DNA of 64,000 nt from an uncultured Gemmatimonadales bacterium. GTDB lineage: Bacteria; Gemmatimonadota; Gemmatimonadetes; Gemmatimonadales; Gemmatimonadaceae. Positions within the stretch are counted from its first letter, which is position 1, and each line of letters opens with the position of its first letter. Below, in pieces: positions 39,690 to 48,432 of the stretch. The stretch is from positions 224,001 to 288,000 of the forward strand of contig CAVPQB010000004.1 in assembly GCA_963707505.1 (NCBI GenBank). Direction: 5' to 3'. The position numbers and the translations under genes are program-made. The notes beneath the pieces were generated by a model that was not told where the DNA came from, searched no databases, and saw nothing but the letters and a program-made list of their open reading frames with translations.

Positions 39690-40942
39690 TGATCGGGCCG
39701 GTGATTGGCAGCTTGCTGCTCCACGTCGCCGACGCCGACGTAGTCACGCCTGCCAACATCTGGCAGCACTGGGGCGGCGATCCCGGCGCGCTTCTCTCCG
39801 TTGTTATCATCGGAACATTGTACGGCGTTGGAGTGCGGCGCCTGTGGACGAGGGCGGGGCGCGGGCACGTGGTGTCACGCGGCGAGGTCGCGTCGTTCTA
39901 TCTCGGAATTATCACGCTGCTCCTCGCACTCTGCTCGCCACTCGATGCAGTCGCCGACACACTGTTTTCCGCCCACATGCTGCAGCACGTGCTGCTCATC
40001 AGTGTGGCCGCGCCGCTCGCGATCCTTGGCGCGCCGCTGCTTCCGTTTCTGTGGTGCCTGCCGCACGATGCTCGCATAGCCGCCGGACGCACATGGAACG
40101 CGAGCGGGATGCGGCGTGGCGCTGCAATACTTGTTCTGCCCCTGTCTGCGTGGGGCCTTCACACCATCGCATTGTGGGGATGGCACCTTCCCGGCCCGTA
40201 CTCGGCCGCGCTCGCCAGCGCGCCCATCCATGCACTGGAGCACAGCTGCTTCTATCTCACTGCGCTACTCATGTGGTGGGTTGCACTCAAGCCCCTTCGC
40301 GGCCACGGCGGAATTGCGGGCTCTCTCTTCGTGCTCGTTGGCACCATGGCGCAGAGCGGTGCACTTGGCGCGATTCTCACGTTTTCCGGCACACCATGGT
40401 ACTACTCGCAGAGCGCAGGCGCCGCGCTGTGGCACCTGACCGCGCTCGAAGATCAGCAGCTGGCCGGACTCATCATGTGGATTCCGGCCGGATTCGCGTA
40501 TCTGATCGCACTGCTCGCTGTGCTGCGCCGAGTGTTCGATGTGCCGGAGCCGTCGAAGTTGGCGGGCGGTATCGCCGCTGCGACAGTACTCATCATCACC
40601 ACATCCATATCTGGCTGCAGGCGCGAGACGAGCGAGACGAACGGCGATCGGGAAGTGGCGGGTGGAGATGTGCATCGCGGGGCGCTGGCCATCCAGCATT
40701 ACGGATGCGGTTCCTGCCACGCGATTCCTGGTATCCCCCTGGCGACCGGCGCAGTCGGGCCGCCGCTCGCCGGAATTGCCGAACGTGGCATGATAGCCGG
40801 AATAGTCCCGAACACACCGGACGAGATGGTCCGGTGGATCGTCATGCCGCAATCCATGTCGCCAGGCAACGCGATGCCCGATCTCGGGGTATCGGACGGG
40901 CAGGCGCGCGACATCGCGGCTTACCTCTACACGTTACATTAG
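39689..40942 (+). CDS. ctaG: Caa3-type CtaG assembly factor fused to a C-terminal cytochrome c
   Basis: SPLD..ADTLFSAHMLQH, WGWHLP, HALEH and LEDQQLAGLIMWIP, then CGSCH, GPPL and AMP in the same frame. Confidence 0.85.
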   Translation: MIGPVIGSLLLHVADADVVTPANIWQHWGGDPGALLSVVIIGTLYGVGVRRLWTRAGRGHVVSRGEVASFYLGIITLLLALCSPLDAVADTLFSAHMLQHVLLISVAAPLAILGAPLLPFLWCLPHDARIAAGRTWNASGMRRGAAILVLPLSAWGLHTIALWGWHLPGPYSAALASAPIHALEHSCFYLTALLMWWVALKPLRGHGGIAGSLFVLVGTMAQSGALGAILTFSGTPWYYSQSAGAALWHLTALEDQQLAGLIMWIPAGFAYLIALLAVLRRVFDVPEPSKLAGGIAAATVLIITTSISGCRRETSETNGDREVAGGDVHRGALAIQHYGCGSCHAIPGIPLATGAVGPPLAGIAERGMIAGIVPNTPDEMVRWIVMPQSMSPGNAMPDLGVSDGQARDIAAYLYTLH

Positions 40943-40948
40943 AAAGGC

Positions 40949-41266
40949 TTGACGAACCCCATTGACCCACGACGGCTGGCCCTCGGCGCAGCCCAAAAAA
41001 TTCTATTCGACGGACGCGACCCCGAGACGATCCTCGACCGGATCGCCAACATGGGAAACGAGCCGTCACAACCTTCCTATCGCCCTATGTCACGTCCCCG
41101 CGACAGAATTCTTGCCAACCTCGACGAGATGTATCGCGAGGCATTCGAGCGCGCCAAGGCCACTGGCGACCAGTCCCAGATGGCCACCCTCGACTTTGCG
41201 TACCGCAGAGAGCAGCTGTATTTCGAGATCCTGCTCGACGTGCGCGATGCGATGGAGCGCAGATAG
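40949..41266 (+). CDS. Hypothetical protein
   Basis: Helical ORF ending LDFAYRREQLYFEILLDVR; the true start may be ATG 41087. Confidence 0.6.
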   Translation: MTNPIDPRRLALGAAQKILFDGRDPETILDRIANMGNEPSQPSYRPMSRPRDRILANLDEMYREAFERAKATGDQSQMATLDFAYRREQLYFEILLDVRDAMERR

Positions 41267-41276
41267 GGTTTGACCG

Positions 41277-42227
41277 GTGGGCGCGGAGATGATCCATTCT
41301 CCGCTGATCCCATGGATCGCGTTCAACGCGGTCGTCCTGATCGCACTCGCGATCGACCTGGGTCTGTTCAGCACGAACAAGAAGCTTTCAGTAAAGGAAG
41401 CTGCGATTCGAAGCGCCGTGTGGGTCGCTCTCGCCCTTCTCTTCGCTGCTGGGGTCTTTTACTTCCAGGGCCATCTCGCCGGAGTCGAGTTCATCACGGG
41501 CTACCTCGTGGAGTATTCGCTCTCGGTCGACAACATATTTGTGATGGTATTGATCTTCTCCTACTTCAACATCAAGGAGGAGTATCAGCATCGCGTGCTG
41601 TTCTGGGGCATACTCGGCGCTCTCGTCATGAGGGGACTCATGATCGCGGCCGGTGCGGCCCTGTTCAGCCGGTTCGGTTGGATCACATATGTGTTTGGCC
41701 TCTTCCTCGTCATTACGGGGATACGGATGGGCATGGGCGGCGAGAAGCACGTCGATCCCGGCGCCAATCCAGTGCTCAGGTTGGTTCGTCGTCTGATCCC
41801 GGTTTACAATGAATACGAGGGCGAGCATTTCTTCGTCCAGGTAAGCGACGAGAAAGGCGCAGCGAAGCGCAGAATGGCGACTCCACTGTTCGTCGTGCTG
41901 GTTCTGATCGAGACGATGGATCTCGTTTTCGCGGTCGACAGCATACCAGCGGTGTTCGCCGTGACGCGCGTGCCGTTTCTGGTTTACACGTCGAATGTCG
42001 CAGCGATACTCGGGTTGCGATCGCTGTACTTCCTGTTGTCGGGCGTTGTCGGCAAGCTTCGGTATCTCACCATTGGTCTGGCTTTCATACTCGTCTTCGT
42101 GGGACTCAAGATGCTGACGGCCGCGTGGTACGAAGTTCCCACAGTCGCATCACTCGGTGTGATAGTCGTCATCCTCGGGACCGCCGCCGGTGCTTCCATC
42201 TACGTGGACAGAAGGGAATCCGTGTGA
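41277..42227 (+). CDS. TerC/Alx family membrane protein
   Basis: GYLVEYSLSVDNIFV, QHRVLFWGILGALVMR, ETMDLVFAVDSIPA and SNVAAILGLRSLYF. Confidence 0.93.
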   Translation: MGAEMIHSPLIPWIAFNAVVLIALAIDLGLFSTNKKLSVKEAAIRSAVWVALALLFAAGVFYFQGHLAGVEFITGYLVEYSLSVDNIFVMVLIFSYFNIKEEYQHRVLFWGILGALVMRGLMIAAGAALFSRFGWITYVFGLFLVITGIRMGMGGEKHVDPGANPVLRLVRRLIPVYNEYEGEHFFVQVSDEKGAAKRRMATPLFVVLVLIETMDLVFAVDSIPAVFAVTRVPFLVYTSNVAAILGLRSLYFLLSGVVGKLRYLTIGLAFILVFVGLKMLTAAWYEVPTVASLGVIVVILGTAAGASIYVDRRESV

Positions 42228-42502
42228 CCGGCACCGGGCTGTCGGTCATCGTGACGAACGCCCGCGTCGAGACTGGCAATCCCGCACGTCCCTGGGCGAC
42301 GGCGCTCGGCATCCGGGACGGAAAGCTTGCAGTTGTGGGTACGGCGGCGGAGATTCTCAAGATGGCGCGCGCAGACACGAGGGTAATCGACGGAGCCGGA
42401 CGACTCCTGACGCTTCCTCCGGGAGCGGTCGCGGGAAGTCACGTGACGGTGACTGTTGCGCCAGACGGCCGTTTGACTGTCCACTCATCGCAGGAGCCGT
42501 AA
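42224..42502 (+). CDS. Stand-alone fragment resembling the N-terminal beta domain of amidohydrolases
   Basis: VIVTNARVETGNPARPWATALGIRDGKLAVVG...TRVIDGAGR; GTGA overlap with terC. Confidence 0.65.
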   Translation: MTGTGLSVIVTNARVETGNPARPWATALGIRDGKLAVVGTAAEILKMARADTRVIDGAGRLLTLPPGAVAGSHVTVTVAPDGRLTVHSSQEP

Positions 42503-42507
42503 TAAGC

Positions 42508-44454
42508 GTGGCTCCCAAGTCTCATCCGCTGGATCAGATACTCGGCACACAGGCAGCAGTACGCGTGTTGCGCGTGCTCTCACCAGGAGGAGAGCACGCG
42601 CCCCCACGCATCGCGCGCGAAACGAAGATCAGCAGACCCGCGGTGCGCGAGGCGATCATTCGCCTCGAGAAGGAAGGCGTCGTCGAGCGCGTCGGCGATG
42701 GCCGAAACGTGTTGTACAGAATCTCGTCGAATCACCCACTAGCAAAACGAATCGTGAAGCTTTTCAAGACCGAGGCGAAGCGGGGAACGCTCGCCGGATT
42801 GTTGCTGTTCTGCGCGTCTTCGTTGTTCGCCCAGGGAACCGTGACAGCGCCAGCGCCAGCCGACCTCATAGTGACCGGCGGCCACATCTACACGGTTGAC
42901 GACACGCGGCCGGCAGCGCAGGCGTTCGCGGTGCGCAACGGCGTCTTCACATTCGTCGGATCGACGAGCGAGGCGATGACGCTCAAGGGCCCGAACACAC
43001 GCGTTATCGATCTGCATGGTGCGACGGTCCTGCCCGGTCTCGCCGATGCGCATGGGCACCTGACAGAGCTTGGCGAAACGCTGCACGAAGCCGATCTCGC
43101 CGGCAGTCTGTCATACGAAGAAGTGATCGACAGGACGAAAAAACACGCCGGCGCCGTTCCCAAGGGCGAGTGGATAATGGGACACGGCTGGGATCAGAAT
43201 CGCTGGGCATCCAAACAGTTTCCGACGAGCGATGCGCTGACACGCGCGTTCCCCGACAATCCGGTCGTGCTGGAGCGCATTGACGGACACGCACTGCTCG
43301 CCAATGCGCGTGCAATGCAGGCGGCGAACATCACCGCGGCCACGAAGGATCCGAGTGGCGGCCGAGTCGTTCGCGACGCCAGCGGCAATCCGACCGGTGT
43401 ATTCGTCGACAATGCACAGGGCCTGATCGACCGCGCCGTTCCGCCGCCGACCGATGCGCAGCTGGAACAGGCCATTTCTGCAGCCATTGCCGACGTGCAC
43501 CGCTGGGGCCTCGTCTCGATCCACGATCCGGGCGAGCCGCGCAGGATCATCGACGTCATGGAGTCCATGGCGAAGAAGGGCACCTTCGATCTCCGTGGCT
43601 ACATACTCATAGCCGACGACAGTGCGGCGATCGCGCACTACTACTCCATCGGTCCGCGTAGCGAGCTGTATGGCGGTCACCTCTGGGTCCGCTCGATCAA
43701 GCTCTACGCTGACGGCGCACTCGGCTCGCGTGGTGCAGCACTACTGTCTCCATACTCCGATGATCCTGGCAACACGGGTTTGCTCGTCTCCACCGAAGCG
43801 CATCTTCAAAGTGTTGCGACATCGGCGCTACAACACGGTTTCCAGGTTGCCACTCACGCGATCGGCGATCGCGGCAACAGAAACGCGCTCGATGCATACG
43901 AGGGCGCGCTCAAGGCTGTGCCGACCGCCGATCATCGCTTTCGAATCGAGCACGCACAGATTCTCGATCCCGCCGACATCCCGCGCTTTGCGCAGCTCGG
44001 TGTGATTCCGAGCATGCAGGCGAGTCACCAGACCAGCGATATGCGCTGGGCAGAGGACAGGCTCGGTCCATCGCGCATACGCGGTGCATACGCATGGCGC
44101 TCACTGCTCAATACCGGCGTGATCATTCCGAACGGCACCGATTTCCCGGTCGAGAACGTCAATCCACTCATCACGTTTCACAGCGCGGTTACACGCGCCG
44201 ATTCCACCGGCTGGCCCGACGGCGGCTGGTATCCTGAGCAGAAGATGACGCGGGATGAGGCGCTCAAGTCGATGACGATCTGGCCCGCATATGCCGGATT
44301 CCAGGAGCACGTGATGGGCTCCATCACTCCCGGCAAGTACGCGGACTTCACCGTGCTGGATCAGGACATCATGACGATACCTGCGAGCGACATCCTCAAG
44401 ACGAGCGTCGTCTCGACGTACATCGGTGGCAAGAGCGTTTACGAGCGCAAATAG
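42508..44454 (+). CDS. Winged HTH fused to a YtcJ-like amidohydrolase (Amidohydro_3)
   Basis: N-terminal HPLDQILG...VRVLRVL...RIARETKISRPAVREAIIRLEKEG; then LPGLADAHGH, KLYADGALGSRGA, HAIGD, RIEHAQ and GTDFPVE. Confidence 0.85.
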   Translation: MAPKSHPLDQILGTQAAVRVLRVLSPGGEHAPPRIARETKISRPAVREAIIRLEKEGVVERVGDGRNVLYRISSNHPLAKRIVKLFKTEAKRGTLAGLLLFCASSLFAQGTVTAPAPADLIVTGGHIYTVDDTRPAAQAFAVRNGVFTFVGSTSEAMTLKGPNTRVIDLHGATVLPGLADAHGHLTELGETLHEADLAGSLSYEEVIDRTKKHAGAVPKGEWIMGHGWDQNRWASKQFPTSDALTRAFPDNPVVLERIDGHALLANARAMQAANITAATKDPSGGRVVRDASGNPTGVFVDNAQGLIDRAVPPPTDAQLEQAISAAIADVHRWGLVSIHDPGEPRRIIDVMESMAKKGTFDLRGYILIADDSAAIAHYYSIGPRSELYGGHLWVRSIKLYADGALGSRGAALLSPYSDDPGNTGLLVSTEAHLQSVATSALQHGFQVATHAIGDRGNRNALDAYEGALKAVPTADHRFRIEHAQILDPADIPRFAQLGVIPSMQASHQTSDMRWAEDRLGPSRIRGAYAWRSLLNTGVIIPNGTDFPVENVNPLITFHSAVTRADSTGWPDGGWYPEQKMTRDEALKSMTIWPAYAGFQEHVMGSITPGKYADFTVLDQDIMTIPASDILKTSVVSTYIGGKSVYERK

Positions 44455-44457
44455 CGC

Positions 44458-45498
44458 ATGTACTCGACCTGCCTCTTCTGCCACAATAACCTCGGCGCGA
44501 ACGAAGTAGTCGAGCATTTCCCCATCGGCCGCCGCCTGGCGTTCGATGGGGCGAAAGGCAGGTTGTGGGTCGTCTGTCGCACGTGCGAGAGATGGAACCT
44601 CACGCCCATCGAGGAGCGATGGGAAGCCATCGAAGAATGCGAGCGACTGTTTCGCGACACAAAGCTGCGCCTGTCCACGGAGCACATCGGACTCGCGCGT
44701 GTGAGCGAGGGTCTGGAACTCGTTCGCGTTGGAGATCCGCAGCGTCCCGAGATGGCTGCATGGAGATACGGTGATCAGTTCGGCAAGCGACGCCAGCGGC
44801 ATTACATCATGGCCGGAGCTGGCGTCGTCGCTGTTGGCGTGCTCGTGTCTGGGGCTGTTTCGGTTGGACTCTTCGCAGGCGGCGGAGCCAGCCTTTACAG
44901 CGTGGCGTTTAACAGCTTCAACGCAGTACGGGGGCGACGCGTCGTCGCGAAAGTTCCTACGCCGAACGGAATTGTGAAAGTCACTCGCGCACAGTTGCCG
45001 CACGCAAAGATCATTCGATCGTCCGAATCGGCCTGGCAACTTTCGCTTCCCCAGGGCACCCACAAATGGCGCGGGATGAATTCCCGGCGTATCGACGCCG
45101 GGCCCAGAGTGAACCTGGATCCGCACGACGCGATCCCGGCACTTGCCGCCCTCCTTCCCGCAGTGAACGGTCGCGGTGGAACGAAGCGCCATGTCCAGAC
45201 TGCAGTCGAACTCGTCGAGCAAGCGGGTAATGCAACCCGACTCCTGGATACTGCTGCTTCATTTGCAATGAAGACAAGTCGGAGCGCGACGGCACAGGGC
45301 CGCCTTTCCAACATCCCACTCGAAGCCCGTCTCGCACTCGAGATGATGACGCACGAAGACGACGAGCGTCGCGCACTCGAAGGTGAGCTCGCCGCTCTCG
45401 AAGAACGATGGAAGGAGGCTGAGGAGATCGCCGAAATCTCCGACAACATGTTCCTCCCATCGTCGATCACAGATTGGATGAGCAAGATACGAGGGTGA
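44458..45498 (+). CDS. Hypothetical protein with an N-terminal Cys4 zinc-ribbon-like region and a central TM segment
   Basis: CLFC...CRTC; hydrophobic segment; C-terminal coiled coil WKEAEEIAEISD. Confidence 0.75.
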   Translation: MYSTCLFCHNNLGANEVVEHFPIGRRLAFDGAKGRLWVVCRTCERWNLTPIEERWEAIEECERLFRDTKLRLSTEHIGLARVSEGLELVRVGDPQRPEMAAWRYGDQFGKRRQRHYIMAGAGVVAVGVLVSGAVSVGLFAGGGASLYSVAFNSFNAVRGRRVVAKVPTPNGIVKVTRAQLPHAKIIRSSESAWQLSLPQGTHKWRGMNSRRIDAGPRVNLDPHDAIPALAALLPAVNGRGGTKRHVQTAVELVEQAGNATRLLDTAASFAMKTSRSATAQGRLSNIPLEARLALEMMTHEDDERRALEGELAALEERWKEAEEIAEISDNMFLPSSITDWMSKIRG

Positions 45499-45570
45499 TG
45501 AACACCACCACGTGGGATCGCGCGCAACCGCGTCGGTGTACAAACGTGCTCACTTCATAACGGAGTAACG

Positions 45571-46599
45571 GTGGCCACACCGCTGCTTGAATTCTTCGGC
45601 CTCGTGCCCGGCGCCTCCAAGCGCGGCACTGTGGACGTCGTCGCGCCGGTACGCACCTTCGCCGACGTGATTCTCCCGCCCAAGACGCGCCAGACCCTGG
45701 AGCAGGCTCTCGCACAGGTGCGCAACCACGACCTCATCTTCCGGCAGTGGGGACTCGGCGAGCGTCACGCGACGGGACTCGGCCTCGCATTCAACTTTGC
45801 AGGCCCCCCGGGCACCGGGAAGACGATCTGCGCCGAGGCCATAGCGCAGGCGTTGGGACGACGTCTTCTGGTCGTCCGCTATTCTGAGATGGAGTCGATG
45901 TGGGCCGGCGAGACACCCAAGAACGTCGCTGCGGTGTTCCGTGTCGCAGACGAGCAGGGTGCGGTGCTTTTCTTCGACGAAGCCGACGCGATCGCCGCGC
46001 GACGCTCGACATCTGACCTGCAGCCGATGCAGCGCGAGTCGAACACGACTGTGAACGTGCTGTTGCGCGAGCTCGAGAGTTTCAACGGCGTCGTGATATT
46101 CGCGACGAACCTTGCCGCGAACTTCGATCCCGCGTTCGAGCGCCGCATCCGCACGCACGTTCTGTTCGAGCGACCTGGTGCCGAAGAGCGCGAGCAGATC
46201 TGGCGCGTGCAGATCCATCCCGACAAGACACCGCTCGCCGCGGACGTCGACTTCCACGTGCTTGCGGACCTGTTCGACGCGAGCGGCGGCGAGATCAAGA
46301 ACGCGGTCCTCAAGGCAGCCGCGATGGCCGCTGCCGAGCCCGCGACAACATCACCGCGTGCGATTCACCAGGCACACTTCGAGGCCGCGATGCGCGACGT
46401 GCTCACGGCCAAGAGCATCATGCGGCAATCGCTGTTCGATCCGGATCAGATGCCGGAAGACAGCGCCGAGAAGCGGGTGATGGCGGCATTTCAGGAGGCG
46501 CAGGGGCGATGGGCGGCGGCGGTGCGGGTCACCCTGATCGTTGCGGGCGCCGCGCTGGTGCTCGCTGCCATAGCGCTCCTCGTGACTCTGGTTCGTTAG
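45571..46599 (+). CDS. AAA+ ATPase with a C-terminal membrane anchor
   Basis: Walker A GPPGTGKT, Walker B FFDEAD, SRH TN..NFDPAFERR; hydrophobic C-terminus. Confidence 0.9.
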   Translation: MATPLLEFFGLVPGASKRGTVDVVAPVRTFADVILPPKTRQTLEQALAQVRNHDLIFRQWGLGERHATGLGLAFNFAGPPGTGKTICAEAIAQALGRRLLVVRYSEMESMWAGETPKNVAAVFRVADEQGAVLFFDEADAIAARRSTSDLQPMQRESNTTVNVLLRELESFNGVVIFATNLAANFDPAFERRIRTHVLFERPGAEEREQIWRVQIHPDKTPLAADVDFHVLADLFDASGGEIKNAVLKAAAMAAAEPATTSPRAIHQAHFEAAMRDVLTAKSIMRQSLFDPDQMPEDSAEKRVMAAFQEAQGRWAAAVRVTLIVAGAALVLAAIALLVTLVR

Positions 46600-46748
46600 A
46601 GTTTCGAACGATCGTCCGATCGAGTTATCACGCACGATTTGCCGACCGTGCAGGTCCCGTCCGGCTTAACGTTCGCCTCGTTTTGACGTCGTATGTTTAG
46701 CCGCGCGATCGGGCATGCGCGGCATCAAATCAAGGAGAAGTGAAAGAC

Positions 46749-47261
46749 ATGAAGCTACAATTTCTGGCAGTAGCGGCTGCAGCTGGTCTGATGGCCGTTC
46801 CCGCACTGCACGCTCAGGCAACGACCCCGCCTCAGGCATCGATTACGGGCCACAATCCCCCGCAGCGCGGGATGATGATGCACCGCGGGATGATGCGGAA
46901 CCTGAATCTTACCGCAGACCAGCAGGCCAAGATGAAGGCGATCCACGAGAAGTACGCGCCCCAGATGAAGGCCGCGCGTGAGAAATCCAAGCCGGACTTC
47001 GACGCCATGAAGAAGGCTCGCGCAAGCCACGACACCGCGGCGATGAAGGCAGCTCGTGCCAGGCTCCAGGCCGACATGGCGCCGACCCAGAACGTCATGA
47101 AGCAGCAGATGGCGGAGATGCGTGCGATCCTGACACCTGAGCAACAGCAGAAGATGGACAGCGCGCGCGTGCACATGCAGGGGCGCATGGGCGGACGTGG
47201 ATTTCATTCGGGAATGGGCGCCAGACAGACGCAGCCGGTAAAGCCAGCCAGCACGTTGTAG
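46749..47261 (+). CDS. Spy/CpxP family periplasmic chaperone
   Basis: Signal peptide; LNLTADQQ and ILTPEQQ (LTxxQ) motifs; Met-rich; AAGGAG RBS. Confidence 0.88.
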   Translation: MKLQFLAVAAAAGLMAVPALHAQATTPPQASITGHNPPQRGMMMHRGMMRNLNLTADQQAKMKAIHEKYAPQMKAAREKSKPDFDAMKKARASHDTAAMKAARARLQADMAPTQNVMKQQMAEMRAILTPEQQQKMDSARVHMQGRMGGRGFHSGMGARQTQPVKPASTL

Positions 47262-47302
47262 TCGCCACCGGCCGGCTTTTTCAACCAAGCTCCTTTGCAC
47301 CC

Positions 47303-47342
47303 GACGCGGGCCGTCCTGATTGGATTGCCCGCGTCTTTTTTT
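47303..47342 (+). terminator. Rho-independent terminator
   Basis: gacgcgggc / gcccgcgtc stem followed by a T7 tract. Confidence 0.8.
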
Positions 47343-47423
47343 CATCGGCCTGATTGCAGAACACCAACAGATATTCTCCCTCGCGCGGAACGCCCGCGCT
47401 CACAACCCAAAAAGGGAGATGTC

Positions 47424-47789
47424 ATGACTATCAGCCGGATACTGTTCGCCGCCATCGCATGTTGCGTCACCACCAGCTCGATGAGCGCGCAATCAAACCA
47501 TACCTATTCGCGCCCGAAGGCCGCCATGTGGACCGCGCTGCAGCTCACCGAACCGCAGAAGGCACAGGTGAAGGTCGTTCACGAGAAGTACGTGCCCGTA
47601 ATGAAGGCTGCGCGAAAGATCGGCGCTGACAGCGCAGCCACGATCAACGATCACGAGATGCGCGACGTGCGCGTATTGCTCACGTCGTCGCAGCAGCTGA
47701 CGTTCGATTCGTACATGACGGGCGGGAAGAGGTCGAAGCGGAGTGCGCAGGTGAAAGTGATGCCGGCGAAGATCGCGGTGCCGAGGTGA
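47424..47789 (+). CDS. Short Spy/CpxP-like secreted protein
   Basis: Signal peptide; LQLTEPQK and LLTSSQQ; GGGAG RBS. Confidence 0.7.
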   Translation: MTISRILFAAIACCVTTSSMSAQSNHTYSRPKAAMWTALQLTEPQKAQVKVVHEKYVPVMKAARKIGADSAATINDHEMRDVRVLLTSSQQLTFDSYMTGGKRSKRSAQVKVMPAKIAVPR

Positions 47790-47812
47790 GGTCGCGACTG
47801 GATGATGAGAGT

Positions 47813-48289
47813 CGTCATCCCCGGAAAGCCCGTCATCCCCGCGAAAGCGGGGAACCACGGACGAGGCCATGAACTTAGATCCCATATTTGCAGGAGTGGT
47901 CACTCGATTGAGAGACTCTCATGAGAACACCAACCGTGTACATCCTCGCCAGCAAACCCCGCGGAACTCTCTACATTGGCGTGACATCCAACCTGGTGCG
48001 GCGTATCTGGCAACATCGAGAAGGCGCTACCGATGGATTCACCACTCGGCATCGAATCAAGCGTCTGGTGTGGTACGAACAACATCAGACGATGCTCAGC
48101 GCAATCGCACGAGAGAAGCTTCTGAAGCGATGGTTGCGGCCATGGAAGTTCGAGCTGATTCAAACGATGAATCCGAGATGGCGCGATCTCTGGCCCGACA
48201 TAATCGGCCTGTCGAGACCGCACACTCCTGCAAACTAGGATTGGCGATTCGCATCGTCGTCCGTGGTTCCCCGCTTTCGCGGGGATGAC
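47813..48289. mobile_element. Putative repeat-bounded element carrying a GIY-YIG nuclease
   Basis: Perfect 33-bp inverted repeats at 47832-47864 and 48257-48289; inner 12-bp inverted repeat at 47887-47898 and 48223-48234; truncated extra arm at 47813-47830. Mobility is inferred. Confidence 0.7.
47921..48238 (+). CDS. Stand-alone GIY-YIG nuclease family protein
   Basis: VYILAS...LYIGVTSNLVRRIWQH, GFT, LVWYE, AIAREK.LKRW.R.WK and NP.W.DL. Confidence 0.93.
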   Translation: MRTPTVYILASKPRGTLYIGVTSNLVRRIWQHREGATDGFTTRHRIKRLVWYEQHQTMLSAIAREKLLKRWLRPWKFELIQTMNPRWRDLWPDIIGLSRPHTPAN

Positions 48290-48432
48290 AACCGCCACCG
48301 GTTGCAAATTTTGTCGCCTAGCGTAAAACCGCGCAGCCGAACAATATTCGGCCCCAACAGAACGACGTCGTCGCGGCCGGCTGTGCTGAAGCCGCGACGA
48401 CTGATTCAACCATTCAACTCGCGGCCGACATC

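Noticed and set aside
45571..46599. AAA ATPase as part of a contractile injection system or prophage
   Set aside because: It resembles that ATPase group, but no sheath, tube, baseplate or phage genes occur in the window.
47813..48289. CRISPR array or classical IS interpretation of the repeats
   Set aside because: The repeats are inverted and dispersed with no regular spacers or cas genes, and there is no DDE/HUH transposase or visible target-site duplication.
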